The notes under the pieces are model-generated. The model searched no databases. It was given only the letters and a program-made list of their open reading frames with translations, and had not been told where the DNA came from. DNA of 64,000 nucleotides, from positions 832,001 through 896,000 of the forward strand of contig CAVZZO010000001.1 of NCBI GenBank assembly GCA_963779755.1, in the 5' to 3' direction. Shown here one piece after another: positions 55,796 through 64,000 of this stretch (its first letter is position 1; every line of letters begins with the position of its first letter). Both the position numbers and the translations under genes were made by a program. This DNA comes from an uncultured Gemmatimonadales bacterium (GTDB lineage Bacteria; Gemmatimonadota; Gemmatimonadetes; Gemmatimonadales; GWC2-71-9).

Positions 55796-56683
55796 CTAAA
55801 GTCCCAGGCTCGAAGGCACCGGCGGGTTCTTGGAGTAGTCGTAGAACCCCTTGCCGCTCTTCCGCCCGAACATCCCGGCCAGATACATCCGCTTGAGCAG
55901 CGGGGGAGGAGCGTAGCGTGCCTCGCGGTACTCGTTGAACATGATTTCCGCGATGTGATAGGTCGTATCGTTCCCCACGAAGTCCAGCAGCGTGAACGGC
56001 CCCATGGGATAGCCGCAGCCCAGTTTCATCGCGTTGTCGATATCGGGGATGGAACCGACGCCGTGTTCCAGCGCGCGGATTGCGTCCAGCAGGTAGGGCA
56101 CCAGGAGCAGATTGACGATGAATCCGGAATTGTCCTTGGCGGCGACCGCCTCCTTGCCCAGGCTGCGGGCGAAGTTCATCGCCCGCTCGTAGGTCTCGGT
56201 GCTGGTGGTAACGGTGCGGACCACCTCCACCAGTTGCATCAGCGGCACGGGGTTGAAGAAATGCAGCCCCACGAACCGGTCCGCCCGCTTCGTGGCCGCG
56301 GCCATAGCGGCAATGGTGAGGCTCGACGTATTAGATGCAAAGATGGTTCCGGCCGGGCACAGGCCGTCGAGGTCCTGCCACAACCTGTTCTTGACCTCGA
56401 GATCTTCCGTGACCGCCTCGATTATGATGTCGCAGTCCTTCAGCGCGGCCATGTCGGTGACGAACGACAGCCGTTTCAGGGTCGCGTCGCGGTCGCCGGG
56501 GGCCAGCTTGCCCTTCTCCACGAACTTGTCGAGCGATTTGGTGATCGCCGCCTTGCCTTTGTCGAGCGGCGCCTGGGCCACTTCGCGGACGATGGTGGTA
56601 AAACCGGCGGCGGCGCAGACCTGGGCGATCCCGCTGCCCATGAGCCCGCAGCCGAGGACTCCTGCCTTCTGGATTTCAGCCAT
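55796..56683 (-). CDS. hbd: 3-hydroxybutyryl-CoA dehydrogenase
   Basis: GCGLMGSGIA, IEAVTE, ASNTSS, GLHFFNPV, GFIVN, YPMGP..LLDFVG, GRKSGKGFY. Confidence 0.93.
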   Translation of the reverse strand: MAEIQKAGVLGCGLMGSGIAQVCAAAGFTTIVREVAQAPLDKGKAAITKSLDKFVEKGKLAPGDRDATLKRLSFVTDMAALKDCDIIIEAVTEDLEVKNRLWQDLDGLCPAGTIFASNTSSLTIAAMAAATKRADRFVGLHFFNPVPLMQLVEVVRTVTTSTETYERAMNFARSLGKEAVAAKDNSGFIVNLLLVPYLLDAIRALEHGVGSIPDIDNAMKLGCGYPMGPFTLLDFVGNDTTYHIAEIMFNEYREARYAPPPLLKRMYLAGMFGRKSGKGFYDYSKNPPVPSSLGL

Positions 56684-56705
56684 CCTTGATATCTCGCAGT
56701 CCAAT

Positions 56706-57539
56706 TCAGGGGTTCAGGGCTCGCCGGACGCCGTCGGCGATACTGCCGAGCAGCCCGGCCGATCGGTACGGCAACTGGGAGGACGCTCCCGGCGCCCGCC
56801 GTTCCAGGGAGTCCAGTGCCCGTTCCAGGCCGAGCTGGACGCGCTCGGCAATGGGACGATACAGGCGGGAGACCCCCCAGGCGCCGCCGGCCGCCATCGG
56901 GATGGGCGCTACCGCGAAGAACCAGAACGGCGTCATCACGGCCAGGACCGCGGCGGCGGCCAGCCCGATACTCGCCACTGCCGACGCGCCGCCGATGAAC
57001 GACGCGCGCGCCTTCCGCAGGGTGGCGGTGAGGGTAACGTTGCAGTAACCCGGCTCCAGCGGCATCACGGTGGCCGTGACCAGGCCGGCGCGGGACAGCA
57101 TGAATGGACGCCGGCCGCCGCCCAGCGCGGCGGTGGAGCGCCTGATCGCGGCCTGGAACCCGGTGAGCGGCTCCCAGGAAATCCGCCCGCTCAGGTGCCG
57201 CTGGATGGTGAGGATCTCGTGATCGCTCATCCACTGCACCAGCCCCTGCTCGATCTCTTCCTGCGACCGCTGCACTACCCGCTGGGCCATGACCACCGGC
57301 GGACCGAAGGCCCGGTCCAGCAGTCCGTGCGAGTCGGGCAGATCCGCCCGGGAGGTCTCCTCCAGCATGGCCTGGCGGAGGTAGCCCTCGGGGATCCCCA
57401 CTTCCTTGCCCAGCCGGATCACCTCCTCCGGCGTGAGGACGTCCCCGATCTCCCGGCTCCCCGTCTGCAGCTCCGCCGCCCGCTGAATGATGCGGTCGAG
57501 CGCGGCGCGATCGATCCGGGCGGGGAGGCCCTGGGGCAT
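56706..57539 (-). CDS. Hypothetical membrane protein
   Basis: 277 aa, IIQRAAELQ N-terminal block, two C-terminal TM segments; TAATG overlap. Confidence 0.75.
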   Translation of the reverse strand: MPQGLPARIDRAALDRIIQRAAELQTGSREIGDVLTPEEVIRLGKEVGIPEGYLRQAMLEETSRADLPDSHGLLDRAFGPPVVMAQRVVQRSQEEIEQGLVQWMSDHEILTIQRHLSGRISWEPLTGFQAAIRRSTAALGGGRRPFMLSRAGLVTATVMPLEPGYCNVTLTATLRKARASFIGGASAVASIGLAAAAVLAVMTPFWFFAVAPIPMAAGGAWGVSRLYRPIAERVQLGLERALDSLERRAPGASSQLPYRSAGLLGSIADGVRRALNP

Positions 57540-58396
57540 TACTTGTCCTTCCGCGGGACCGGCGCCGTCTCGAAGCGCGGCAGCATGGCCGACATGTCCG
57601 GTGTGCCCTCGGTAAGCGCCGGCGGGGCGTCGCCCTGGGCCCCGGCCCCGCGGTTTTCAAAGGCCCGCATGAAGGGCCGGAACATCTCGATCGGGATGGG
57701 GAAGATGGTGGTGGAGTTGTTTTCCGCCGCGATCTCGGTGACGGTCTGGAGGTAGCGCAGCTGGATCGCACTGGGCTCCTGCGCCAGCGTCCGCGCCGCT
57801 TCGGCCAGCGTCTGCGACGCCTGCAGCTCGCCCTGGGCGGCGATCACCTTGGCCCGCCGCTCGCGCTCGGCTTCGGCCTGACGCGCCATGGCCCGCTTCA
57901 TCTCCGTGGGCAGGTCCACGTCCTTCACTTCTACCGCCGAGACCTCGATGCCCCAGGGGTCGCTGCGCTCGTCGATGATCTTCTTCAGAATCCCGTTGAT
58001 CTTCTCCCGGTCGGCCAGCAGCTCGTCCAGCTCCACCTCGCCCAGCACCGAGCGCAATGTGGTCTGGGCCAGCTGGCTGGTGGCATAGCGGTAGTCTTCG
58101 ATTTCGATCACCGCCCGCGACGGGTCGCTGACCTTCATGTACAACACCGCGTTCACCTTGACCGAGACGTTATCCCGGGTGATGACGTCCTGCGGTGGGA
58201 TATCCAGCGCCATGATCCTGAGCGACACCCGCTTGGCATGGGCCAGGCCGCCGGGAATGAACACCAGTCCCGGGCCCTTGACGCCCCAGTAGCGGCCCAG
58301 AAAAAACGAGACCGCCCGTTCGTATTGCTTCACCACCCGCAGGCTGGCGAAGGAGTAGGCCACCACGACCGCGAGTGCTCCGATCAGGACTTCCAT
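57539..58396 (-). CDS. SPFH/slipin (stomatin-like) protein
   Basis: [48 protein letters not shown]. Confidence 0.95.
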   Translation of the reverse strand: MEVLIGALAVVVAYSFASLRVVKQYERAVSFFLGRYWGVKGPGLVFIPGGLAHAKRVSLRIMALDIPPQDVITRDNVSVKVNAVLYMKVSDPSRAVIEIEDYRYATSQLAQTTLRSVLGEVELDELLADREKINGILKKIIDERSDPWGIEVSAVEVKDVDLPTEMKRAMARQAEAERERRAKVIAAQGELQASQTLAEAARTLAQEPSAIQLRYLQTVTEIAAENNSTTIFPIPIEMFRPFMRAFENRGAGAQGDAPPALTEGTPDMSAMLPRFETAPVPRKDK

Positions 58397-58411
58397 GATG
58401 TCCCTCCGTCC

Positions 58412-59617
58412 TCAGGCCGGGAATGCCTCGACGATCACCGCCGCGCCCTGGCCGCCGCCGATGCAGGCGCTGCCCAGGCCGAACCGCTTTCCCGCCTGCC
58501 GCAGCGCATGCAGTAAATGCAGGGTGATCCGGGTTCCGCTGGCCGCGAGCGGATGGCCGATGGCGATGGCACCGCCGTGGATGTTGGTCCGGGCGCGGTC
58601 CAGCCCCAGCTCCCGCTCGACCGCCAGGTACTGGGCCGAGAAGGCCTCGTTGACCTCGACCAGGTCCATCTGATCGAGCTTCATGCCCGCCCTGGCCAGC
58701 GCCTTGCGCGCCGCGGGCACCGGACCGATGCCCATGTACTTCGGCTCGACCCCGGCAATGCCCCAGGCCACCAGACGGCCCAGCGGCTTGGCGCCGGCCT
58801 TGCCGGCCGCGTCCTCGCCCGCCACTACGACGGCGGCGGCGCCGTCGCAGATCCCGGAGGCGTTCCCCGCCGTGACCACGCCGTCCTTCTTGAAGTAGGG
58901 CGGCAGCTTCGACAGGCCCGCCAGCGTGGTCTCCGGCCGCATGTGCTCGTCGGCCGCCCAGGGCTCGTCCTGTTTCGTCTTCCGGTTGCGGATCATCACC
59001 GGCACGACCTCGTCGGCGTATACGCCGGTGTCCCAGGCGGCCTTGGCCGCCTGCTGGCTGCGCAGCGCGTATTCGTCCACATCCTGGCGTGAGATCTGGT
59101 GCTTATCGGCCAGGTTCTCGGCCGTCTCGGCCATGGAAAACCCGCACTGCGGGTCCTTGAGGGATTCCCAGAGCAGATCCTCGAACGGGGGTGCCGGTCC
59201 CAGCCGCAGCCCCCAACGGGCACCCCGCACCACGTGGGGCGCCTGGCTCATGCTCTCCGCTCCGCCCGCCAGCACCACGTTGGATTCACCTAGCAGGATC
59301 TGGTACGCGCCCTGGATGATGGCCTCGAAGCCCGACCCGCAGAGCCGGTTGACGGTCAGAGCCGGCGTTTCGATCGGGAGCCCCGACTTGAGCGCGATAT
59401 GCCGGGCCAGGTAGATCGCGTCGGCCGAGGTCTGCAGCGCATTACCGAAGACGACATGATCGATGGCGGGGTTCCCGGCCCGCTGCAGGGCCTCCTTCGA
59501 CGCCACGACGCCCAGGTCGATGGCGGAGAAGCCCTTGAGTGCCCCGCCGAACCCGCCAAAACCGGTCCGGACCCCGGAGAGAAACACCACGTCCTTCTGC
59601 TGGCCCTGAGTCTTCAT
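58412..59617 (-). CDS. Acetyl-CoA C-acetyltransferase (thiolase)
   Basis: NRLCGSG, TAGNASGICDGA, EVNEAF, GHPLAASG, ACIGGGQG. Confidence 0.95.
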   Translation of the reverse strand: MKTQGQQKDVVFLSGVRTGFGGFGGALKGFSAIDLGVVASKEALQRAGNPAIDHVVFGNALQTSADAIYLARHIALKSGLPIETPALTVNRLCGSGFEAIIQGAYQILLGESNVVLAGGAESMSQAPHVVRGARWGLRLGPAPPFEDLLWESLKDPQCGFSMAETAENLADKHQISRQDVDEYALRSQQAAKAAWDTGVYADEVVPVMIRNRKTKQDEPWAADEHMRPETTLAGLSKLPPYFKKDGVVTAGNASGICDGAAAVVVAGEDAAGKAGAKPLGRLVAWGIAGVEPKYMGIGPVPAARKALARAGMKLDQMDLVEVNEAFSAQYLAVERELGLDRARTNIHGGAIAIGHPLAASGTRITLHLLHALRQAGKRFGLGSACIGGGQGAAVIVEAFPA

Positions 59618-59750
59618 GATCTTTTCTGTCAAGAGTTTACGTGATTGGACGAGTGGGGAATATAAAAGGAAAGGCGGCCGCGGGTGAGCGGGCGTCCGCC
59701 GCGGGTGTCCGGGGGTTCGCAAGGCTCGCCGTGGCAGGCAGCCGCGAAAA

Positions 59751-59808
59751 AAAGGTCAAAGGTCAAAGGTCAGACCGGCTCCGACCTTTGACCTTCGACC
59801 TTTGACCC
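59751..59808. repeat. Heptamer inverted repeat (AAAGGTC)x3 / (GACCTTT)x3
   Basis: AAAGGTCAAAGGTCAAAGGTC-agaccggctcc-GACCTTTGACCTTCGACCTTTGACC; adjacent A8 gives a U-tail on the minus strand, so it is terminator-like. Confidence 0.88.
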
Positions 59809-59827
59809 TGCTTCAGCCGCCGATGGC

Positions 59828-60286
59828 CTACCGCGTCGAGTCCTCCACTTCGCCTTTCTCCTCACCCTTCTTGTGCTGCATCGGCTTCTTCACCGGCTGC
59901 TTCTCCAGCAGGCGCAGGGTGGCCGCGCCGGCCGTGGTGTTCAGCACCTTGATCTGGTAGATCGCCGTGGCGTAGGGGCGAAGCGTGTAGATCTCGCCGC
60001 CGGTGACGGACTGGCCCGGCACCGTCCGCGCGAGATACGGTGCCTGGACCGACCGGTCAATCGGATTGATCTCCAACTGCACCCCGCTCTGGTTCAATTC
60101 GGCGCGATACTGGTGTCCCTTTTCGAGCTTGAGTCGGACGAATTCGTTGGTGCCGCCGACGAAATCGTGGTCGTAGACCGGGACATACGTGCTGTCAACC
60201 TGGGTCAGGTCGGTCTGGCCGGTCTGCTGCGCTGCCAGCACCGGCGGCAGCAGCAGGAACACACCGGCAAGGATCAGTTTCTTCAT
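59828..60286 (-). CDS. Hypothetical exported protein
   Basis: MKKLILAGVFLLLPPVLAAQ signal peptide; AGGAG SD. Confidence 0.75.
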   Translation of the reverse strand: MKKLILAGVFLLLPPVLAAQQTGQTDLTQVDSTYVPVYDHDFVGGTNEFVRLKLEKGHQYRAELNQSGVQLEINPIDRSVQAPYLARTVPGQSVTGGEIYTLRPYATAIYQIKVLNTTAGAATLRLLEKQPVKKPMQHKKGEEKGEVEDSTR

Positions 60287-60306
60287 TGCAACTCCTGGGT
60301 CTGGAA

Positions 60307-61356
60307 CTATGCGGGCCTCCCCTCTACCCTCTCCAGTAATGCCCGGGCGACCTCCTGCGTCGCACCCCGGCCTCCAAGGTCCGGGGTTACCGGCCCGGAG
60401 GCCAGGACCTGGCTCACAGCCGATTCCAGGCGCCGCGCCGCGGCCGGCACGCCCAGGGTTTCCAGCAGCAGGGCGCCGGTCAGCGTCGCGGCCATGGGGT
60501 TGGCCACGCCCTTGCCCGCCAGAGGCGGCGCCGAGCCGTGCACCGGCTCGAACAGCCCGGGCCGGCCAGGATGCAGGTTGGCGCTGGCGGCGACCCCCAG
60601 GCCTCCCACCAGGCCCGCGCCCAGGTCGGAAAGGATGTCGCCGTAGAGATTTCCCGCGACGATCACCTGAAATCGGCCCGGATCCCGGACCATCTCCATC
60701 GCCAGCGCATCGACGTAGCGATGCTCCCGCTCGATCCCGGGAAAGTCTCCTCCTACTTCCTCGAAGATCCGGCCCCAGATCCGCTGAAAGGGGATAGCGT
60801 TGGATTTGTCGGTCATGGTGATCCGGGTGCGGCCGTGCTCCCGGGCCCACTCGAAGGCGGCGCGGATGATGCGCTCCACGCCCTTGCGGGTGTGGACTTC
60901 CTCGGAGACCTGCCGCTCGCCGGGGGTGCCTTCCCCCTCGCTGTGCCCCAGCGCCAGGTACTGGCCTTCGGTGTTCTCCCGGAAAATGGCGATGTCGATC
61001 ACGGGGGCGTGCGCCAGGGGAGTAAGCCGGGGATGAAGCAGGACCACCGGGCGGAAGTTGATGTAGAGGTCGAGCCGGAAGCGAAGTCCCAGCAGGATAT
61101 CGCGCGCATGCTGGTTGCCGGGGACCCGGGGATCACCCAGCGCGCCCAGGAAGATGCCGTCCACCTCGTCCCGCAGGTGGGCGAAGGCGTGGTCCGGGAG
61201 GGTTTCTCCGGTCGCGAGGTAATGCTCGGCCGAGTACGGCAGTCGCTCGCTTTCCAGCGAGACGCCTTCCAGGCTCGCTGCCCGCTCGATCACCGGCCAG
61301 GCGGCGTCCACCACCTCCGGTCCGATCCCATCGCCGGGAATGAGCGCGATCTTCAT
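60307..61356 (-). CDS. Isocitrate/isopropylmalate dehydrogenase family (LeuB-like)
   Basis: IPGDGIGPEV, LRF.LDLYINFRP, FRENTEG, DKSNA, NLYGDILSD, FEPVHGSAP. Confidence 0.92.
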   Translation of the reverse strand: MKIALIPGDGIGPEVVDAAWPVIERAASLEGVSLESERLPYSAEHYLATGETLPDHAFAHLRDEVDGIFLGALGDPRVPGNQHARDILLGLRFRLDLYINFRPVVLLHPRLTPLAHAPVIDIAIFRENTEGQYLALGHSEGEGTPGERQVSEEVHTRKGVERIIRAAFEWAREHGRTRITMTDKSNAIPFQRIWGRIFEEVGGDFPGIEREHRYVDALAMEMVRDPGRFQVIVAGNLYGDILSDLGAGLVGGLGVAASANLHPGRPGLFEPVHGSAPPLAGKGVANPMAATLTGALLLETLGVPAAARRLESAVSQVLASGPVTPDLGGRGATQEVARALLERVEGRPA

Positions 61357-61384
61357 ACTGCCGCTCCTGCCATTCTGCCCATGC

Positions 61385-62080
61385 TCATTCTCCCAGCGGG
61401 TGTCCGCAATTGACGCAGTGCCGCCAGCCGAGCTCCAGTTCGGCCTGGCACTCCGGGCAGCGGATGATTGTCTGGCTTTCGCCGCAGTGCGGGCAGAAAT
61501 TGACGGTCCGCCCGGCGGGGAGCAGGCCCCCGCAGTAGCCGCAACGGCCGCCGCCGTCTTCCATCTCCACCGGCTCGCTGGAGGCGGGTTCCGCATGCGC
61601 CGCGACGGGCTCGATCCGCAACCCGGAGGGTGAGGCTTCAGGCGGGACCGGGGCGGGGGGGATCGGAGGCGCAGGGGGCGGCGGTTCCGGCCGGCTGACG
61701 GTCTCCTCCGGCGGGGCGAATTCTTCCTCGTCGTCCGGGCCCAGCGCATAGGCCAGCGGCTCCGTGGCGAGGATCAGCCGCGCGTCCTTCCACGTCTGCA
61801 GCAGGGTCAGGTCCGGGTTCGTGGACGCGACTTCCTGGCGGAACATCGCCTGCGCCTCGGGTGGGTCGGTCTGGACAAATCCCCCCTCTCCCGCACAGAG
61901 TCGTAGGAGCAGCAGGTCGTAATCTTCCGCGCTGTCCACCTGCAGTGCCCGGCGATTGGCGCGATAGGGGATGATGTTCGCCAGCAGGTCTTCCAGGACG
62001 ACCGGCTGGTGCAGCCGCACCGGATCGATCGCGACGAGGTTGTCCACCAGGCGCCGGAACACGCGTTCGAGATCGGTCAT
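61385..62080 (-). CDS. Double zinc ribbon domain protein
   Basis: C-terminal CGYCG, CPHCG, CPEC, CVNCG after a Pro-rich linker. Confidence 0.85.
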   Translation of the reverse strand: MTDLERVFRRLVDNLVAIDPVRLHQPVVLEDLLANIIPYRANRRALQVDSAEDYDLLLLRLCAGEGGFVQTDPPEAQAMFRQEVASTNPDLTLLQTWKDARLILATEPLAYALGPDDEEEFAPPEETVSRPEPPPPAPPIPPAPVPPEASPSGLRIEPVAAHAEPASSEPVEMEDGGGRCGYCGGLLPAGRTVNFCPHCGESQTIIRCPECQAELELGWRHCVNCGHPLGE

Positions 62081-62161
62081 GGCAGGAACCGGGAATCGGG
62101 AATCAGGGAAATCTGTCCGTCCCCGGCACGCAGGCCAACCCTCAACCGAGACGCGCCCGAT

Positions 62162-62893
62162 ATGCATGCCTTCCCGCCTCCCGAATCACCGCGGTCGTTC
62201 TGGCTCCGATGGGTGTTCGCCAACACCTGGAGCGAGCTGGTGGGATTGGGCGGCACGGCCGCGGTGGCGGTGGCGCTGCATCGCTTCTGGGCCGGCGGCC
62301 CGGCCCCCGGGCGTGCCATCCTGAGCGCGCTCATCGTTCTGGCCTCCGGCGCGCTGCTGGAGGGCGGCCTGGTAGGGGTGGCCCAGTGGAAGGTGCTGCA
62401 ATATCAGCTACCCCTCCTGCCGGCGCTCCCCTGGGTCCGCTCGACCATTGCCGGTGCCGCCCTGGCCTGGGCGCTGGGACTCATTCCCATCATGGCGGCG
62501 CAACTGACGCAGCCCGCGGCCGCGGCTGCTCCGGCGCCGCATGGAGGCGCGGTGCTGGCCCTCGCCCTGGCGATGGGGTTCCTGCTGGGGCCGATCCTCG
62601 CCATTCCGCAGGCCTTTGTGCTGCGGGGCTACGTTTCGGGGGCAGGTTGGTGGATTCCCGCCAACGCCCTGGCCTGGGCGCTCGGCATGGTGGTGATCTT
62701 CGCCGGCGCCTCCAGCATCCCGGCCGGCCTCGGCGTCTGGGCTCTTGCCGGCTGGATCGGCGGCACCTGTCTCGTGGCCGGCCTGGTCGTGGGCGGAGTG
62801 CACGGGGCGGCGATGGTCTGGTTGTTGGGCTCGGGAAAAAGGGAAACGGGAAGGGGTGAAACGGTGGGGTATGACGTGGGACCTGGCGCGTGA
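62162..62893 (+). CDS. Hypothetical multi-pass membrane protein
   Basis: WLRWVFANTWSE, GVAQW.VL, WWIPANALAW internal repeat. Confidence 0.75.
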   Translation: MHAFPPPESPRSFWLRWVFANTWSELVGLGGTAAVAVALHRFWAGGPAPGRAILSALIVLASGALLEGGLVGVAQWKVLQYQLPLLPALPWVRSTIAGAALAWALGLIPIMAAQLTQPAAAAAPAPHGGAVLALALAMGFLLGPILAIPQAFVLRGYVSGAGWWIPANALAWALGMVVIFAGASSIPAGLGVWALAGWIGGTCLVAGLVVGGVHGAAMVWLLGSGKRETGRGETVGYDVGPGA

Positions 62894-62900
62894 GGGGGGT

Positions 62901-63695
62901 GTGAAGGGGGGCCGGAAGCGCGGCTGGAGGCGAACCGTACTGCTGCTCGGGGGCGCCCTGCTCCTGGTTCCGGCGCCGGCCCTCCGGGCCCAGGTCAATA
63001 CGGAGCGGCTGCGCCGGAGCGTCGAGCAGCCGGGGGTCAGCGGGTCGGCCGGGCTCAATGCCCTGGTGCGCACGGGGAACGTCTCGCTGGTGCTTCTCAG
63101 CTCGAATGCCCGGGTGGACTACGATGCCGGCCGGTGGATCGTCTTCCTGGTCGGGACGGGCGACGTGGGATGGCAGGACGGCGAGCGGTTCTCCAATGCC
63201 GGCCTGCTGCACTTCCGGCAGGGCTGGCTGGCCCGCCCCTGGCTACAGCCGGAGACGTTCGAGCAGATCGACTACGATCGCTCGCGTAGCCTGTCGTTCC
63301 GGGCGCTGCTGGGGGGCGGCCCCCGGTTCAACCTTCTCCGCGGGCCGCTCTGGCACCTGTCGCTGGGAACGGCCGTCATGTTCGAGCACGAGGAGCTGGA
63401 TCTGCCTCCGGGATCGGTACATCCGCGGCAGACCGATGTTCTGCGCTGGAGCAATTATCTCACCGCCAGCGCCGGCGAGGGGCGGCGGGTCGCGGCGGTG
63501 TTTACGGTGTATGCCCAGCCGCGGTTCAGCGATTTCGGCGATGTCCACCTCCTGGCCGACGGACGGCTTGCCGTGCAGTTGACGGGGACGCTCTCGCTGA
63601 CCCAGACGCTCAATCTGCGGTACGACAGCCGCCCGCCTGACGCCACCAGGAGTCTGGACACGACCTGGCAGACGGGCCTGGCGGTCGAATGGTAG
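62901..63695 (+). CDS. DUF481-like outer-membrane beta-barrel protein
   Basis: Signal peptide ending LRA-QVNTE, alternating beta-strand pattern, RYDSRPP, C-terminal W. Confidence 0.8.
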   Translation: MKGGRKRGWRRTVLLLGGALLLVPAPALRAQVNTERLRRSVEQPGVSGSAGLNALVRTGNVSLVLLSSNARVDYDAGRWIVFLVGTGDVGWQDGERFSNAGLLHFRQGWLARPWLQPETFEQIDYDRSRSLSFRALLGGGPRFNLLRGPLWHLSLGTAVMFEHEELDLPPGSVHPRQTDVLRWSNYLTASAGEGRRVAAVFTVYAQPRFSDFGDVHLLADGRLAVQLTGTLSLTQTLNLRYDSRPPDATRSLDTTWQTGLAVEW

Positions 63696-63853
63696 ATTTC
63701 CCGAGCCGGGCGCTGCGTTGAACAAAGACCGCATTGCCGGGAGGGGGTATGGCTCACCCGGCTCGTCGAGCTGCTGCTGATGGCGGGGTACGTGTGCTAC
63801 GCGTTCAATCTCATGGCGGCGTGGATGCCGATGCAGGACGCCTTCTTCCCGTC

Positions 63854-64000
63854 CTATTCCCGGATTCCAATCTCCTCGCCCGCTCGGAGCCGCTCTTCCA
63901 GGTGCTGGAACGCGGCGTCGGGATCATAGTCTTCGTACCGGCCTCGGGTGCGCTGCGTTGCGAGCCACGACGCGAAACCCGATTCGATCGCCCCTTCGGA
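63854..64000 (-). CDS. C-terminal end of a CDS running off the window
   Basis: Open frame SEGAIESGFASWLATQRTRGRYEDYDPDAAFQHLEERLRAGEEIGIRE*. Confidence 0.55.
   Translation of the reverse strand, partial: SEGAIESGFASWLATQRTRGRYEDYDPDAAFQHLEERLRAGEEIGIRE

Noticed and set aside
60307..61356. Assigning leuB
   Set aside because: No leuA/C/D nearby; it could be a tartrate, D-malate or homoisocitrate dehydrogenase, so no symbol is given
1..64000. tRNA, rRNA, known riboswitches, prophage or defence genes
   Set aside because: None recognised by eye; tRNAscan-SE, Rfam and DefenseFinder runs would be needed to exclude them formally

Overview
High-GC bacterial chromosome segment. A Gemmatimonadota-like origin is a guess from gene content only. 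Most genes lie on the minus strand. (1) 1-22 kb is an accessory-like region of small genes: YbjQ, DUF4242, APH-like kinase, alpha/beta hydrolase, S41 peptidase, Dps, MFS, PLP decarboxylase, stand-alone CTP-synthase glutaminase domain, DoxX, GNAT and SDR. It also holds several decayed gene remnants, a 3-unit ~250-275 bp structured repeat array and an intact IS630 inserted at a stop codon. (2) 22-29 kb has a TPP enzyme/GMC oxidoreductase operon divergent from lhgO plus a PQQ dehydrogenase. (3) 29-44 kb is a tightly coupled glycan operon for a nonulosonic-acid-type sugar (NeuB, SpsF-like CMP transferase, sialyltransferase-like GT, flippase, MBOAT/SGNH pair). Embedded in it are a PDH-like E1alpha/E1beta pair and an unusual lipoyl-PSBD-left-handed-beta-helix acyltransferase, the best candidate for an undescribed system. 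(4) 46.6-50.4 kb is an operon of two Ddl-like ATP-grasp ligases, a GNAT and a KamA-type radical SAM aminomutase. (5) 50.6-64 kb is mostly housekeeping (folA, thyA, hbd, thiolase, SPFH, LeuB-like). Short-period (7/9-mer) inverted repeats occupy many gene junctions and donate coding tails. Two genes appear to need non-canonical starts (ATC, CTG). I saw no rRNA, tRNA or CRISPR array. All family calls come from motif recognition by eye, not from database searches.
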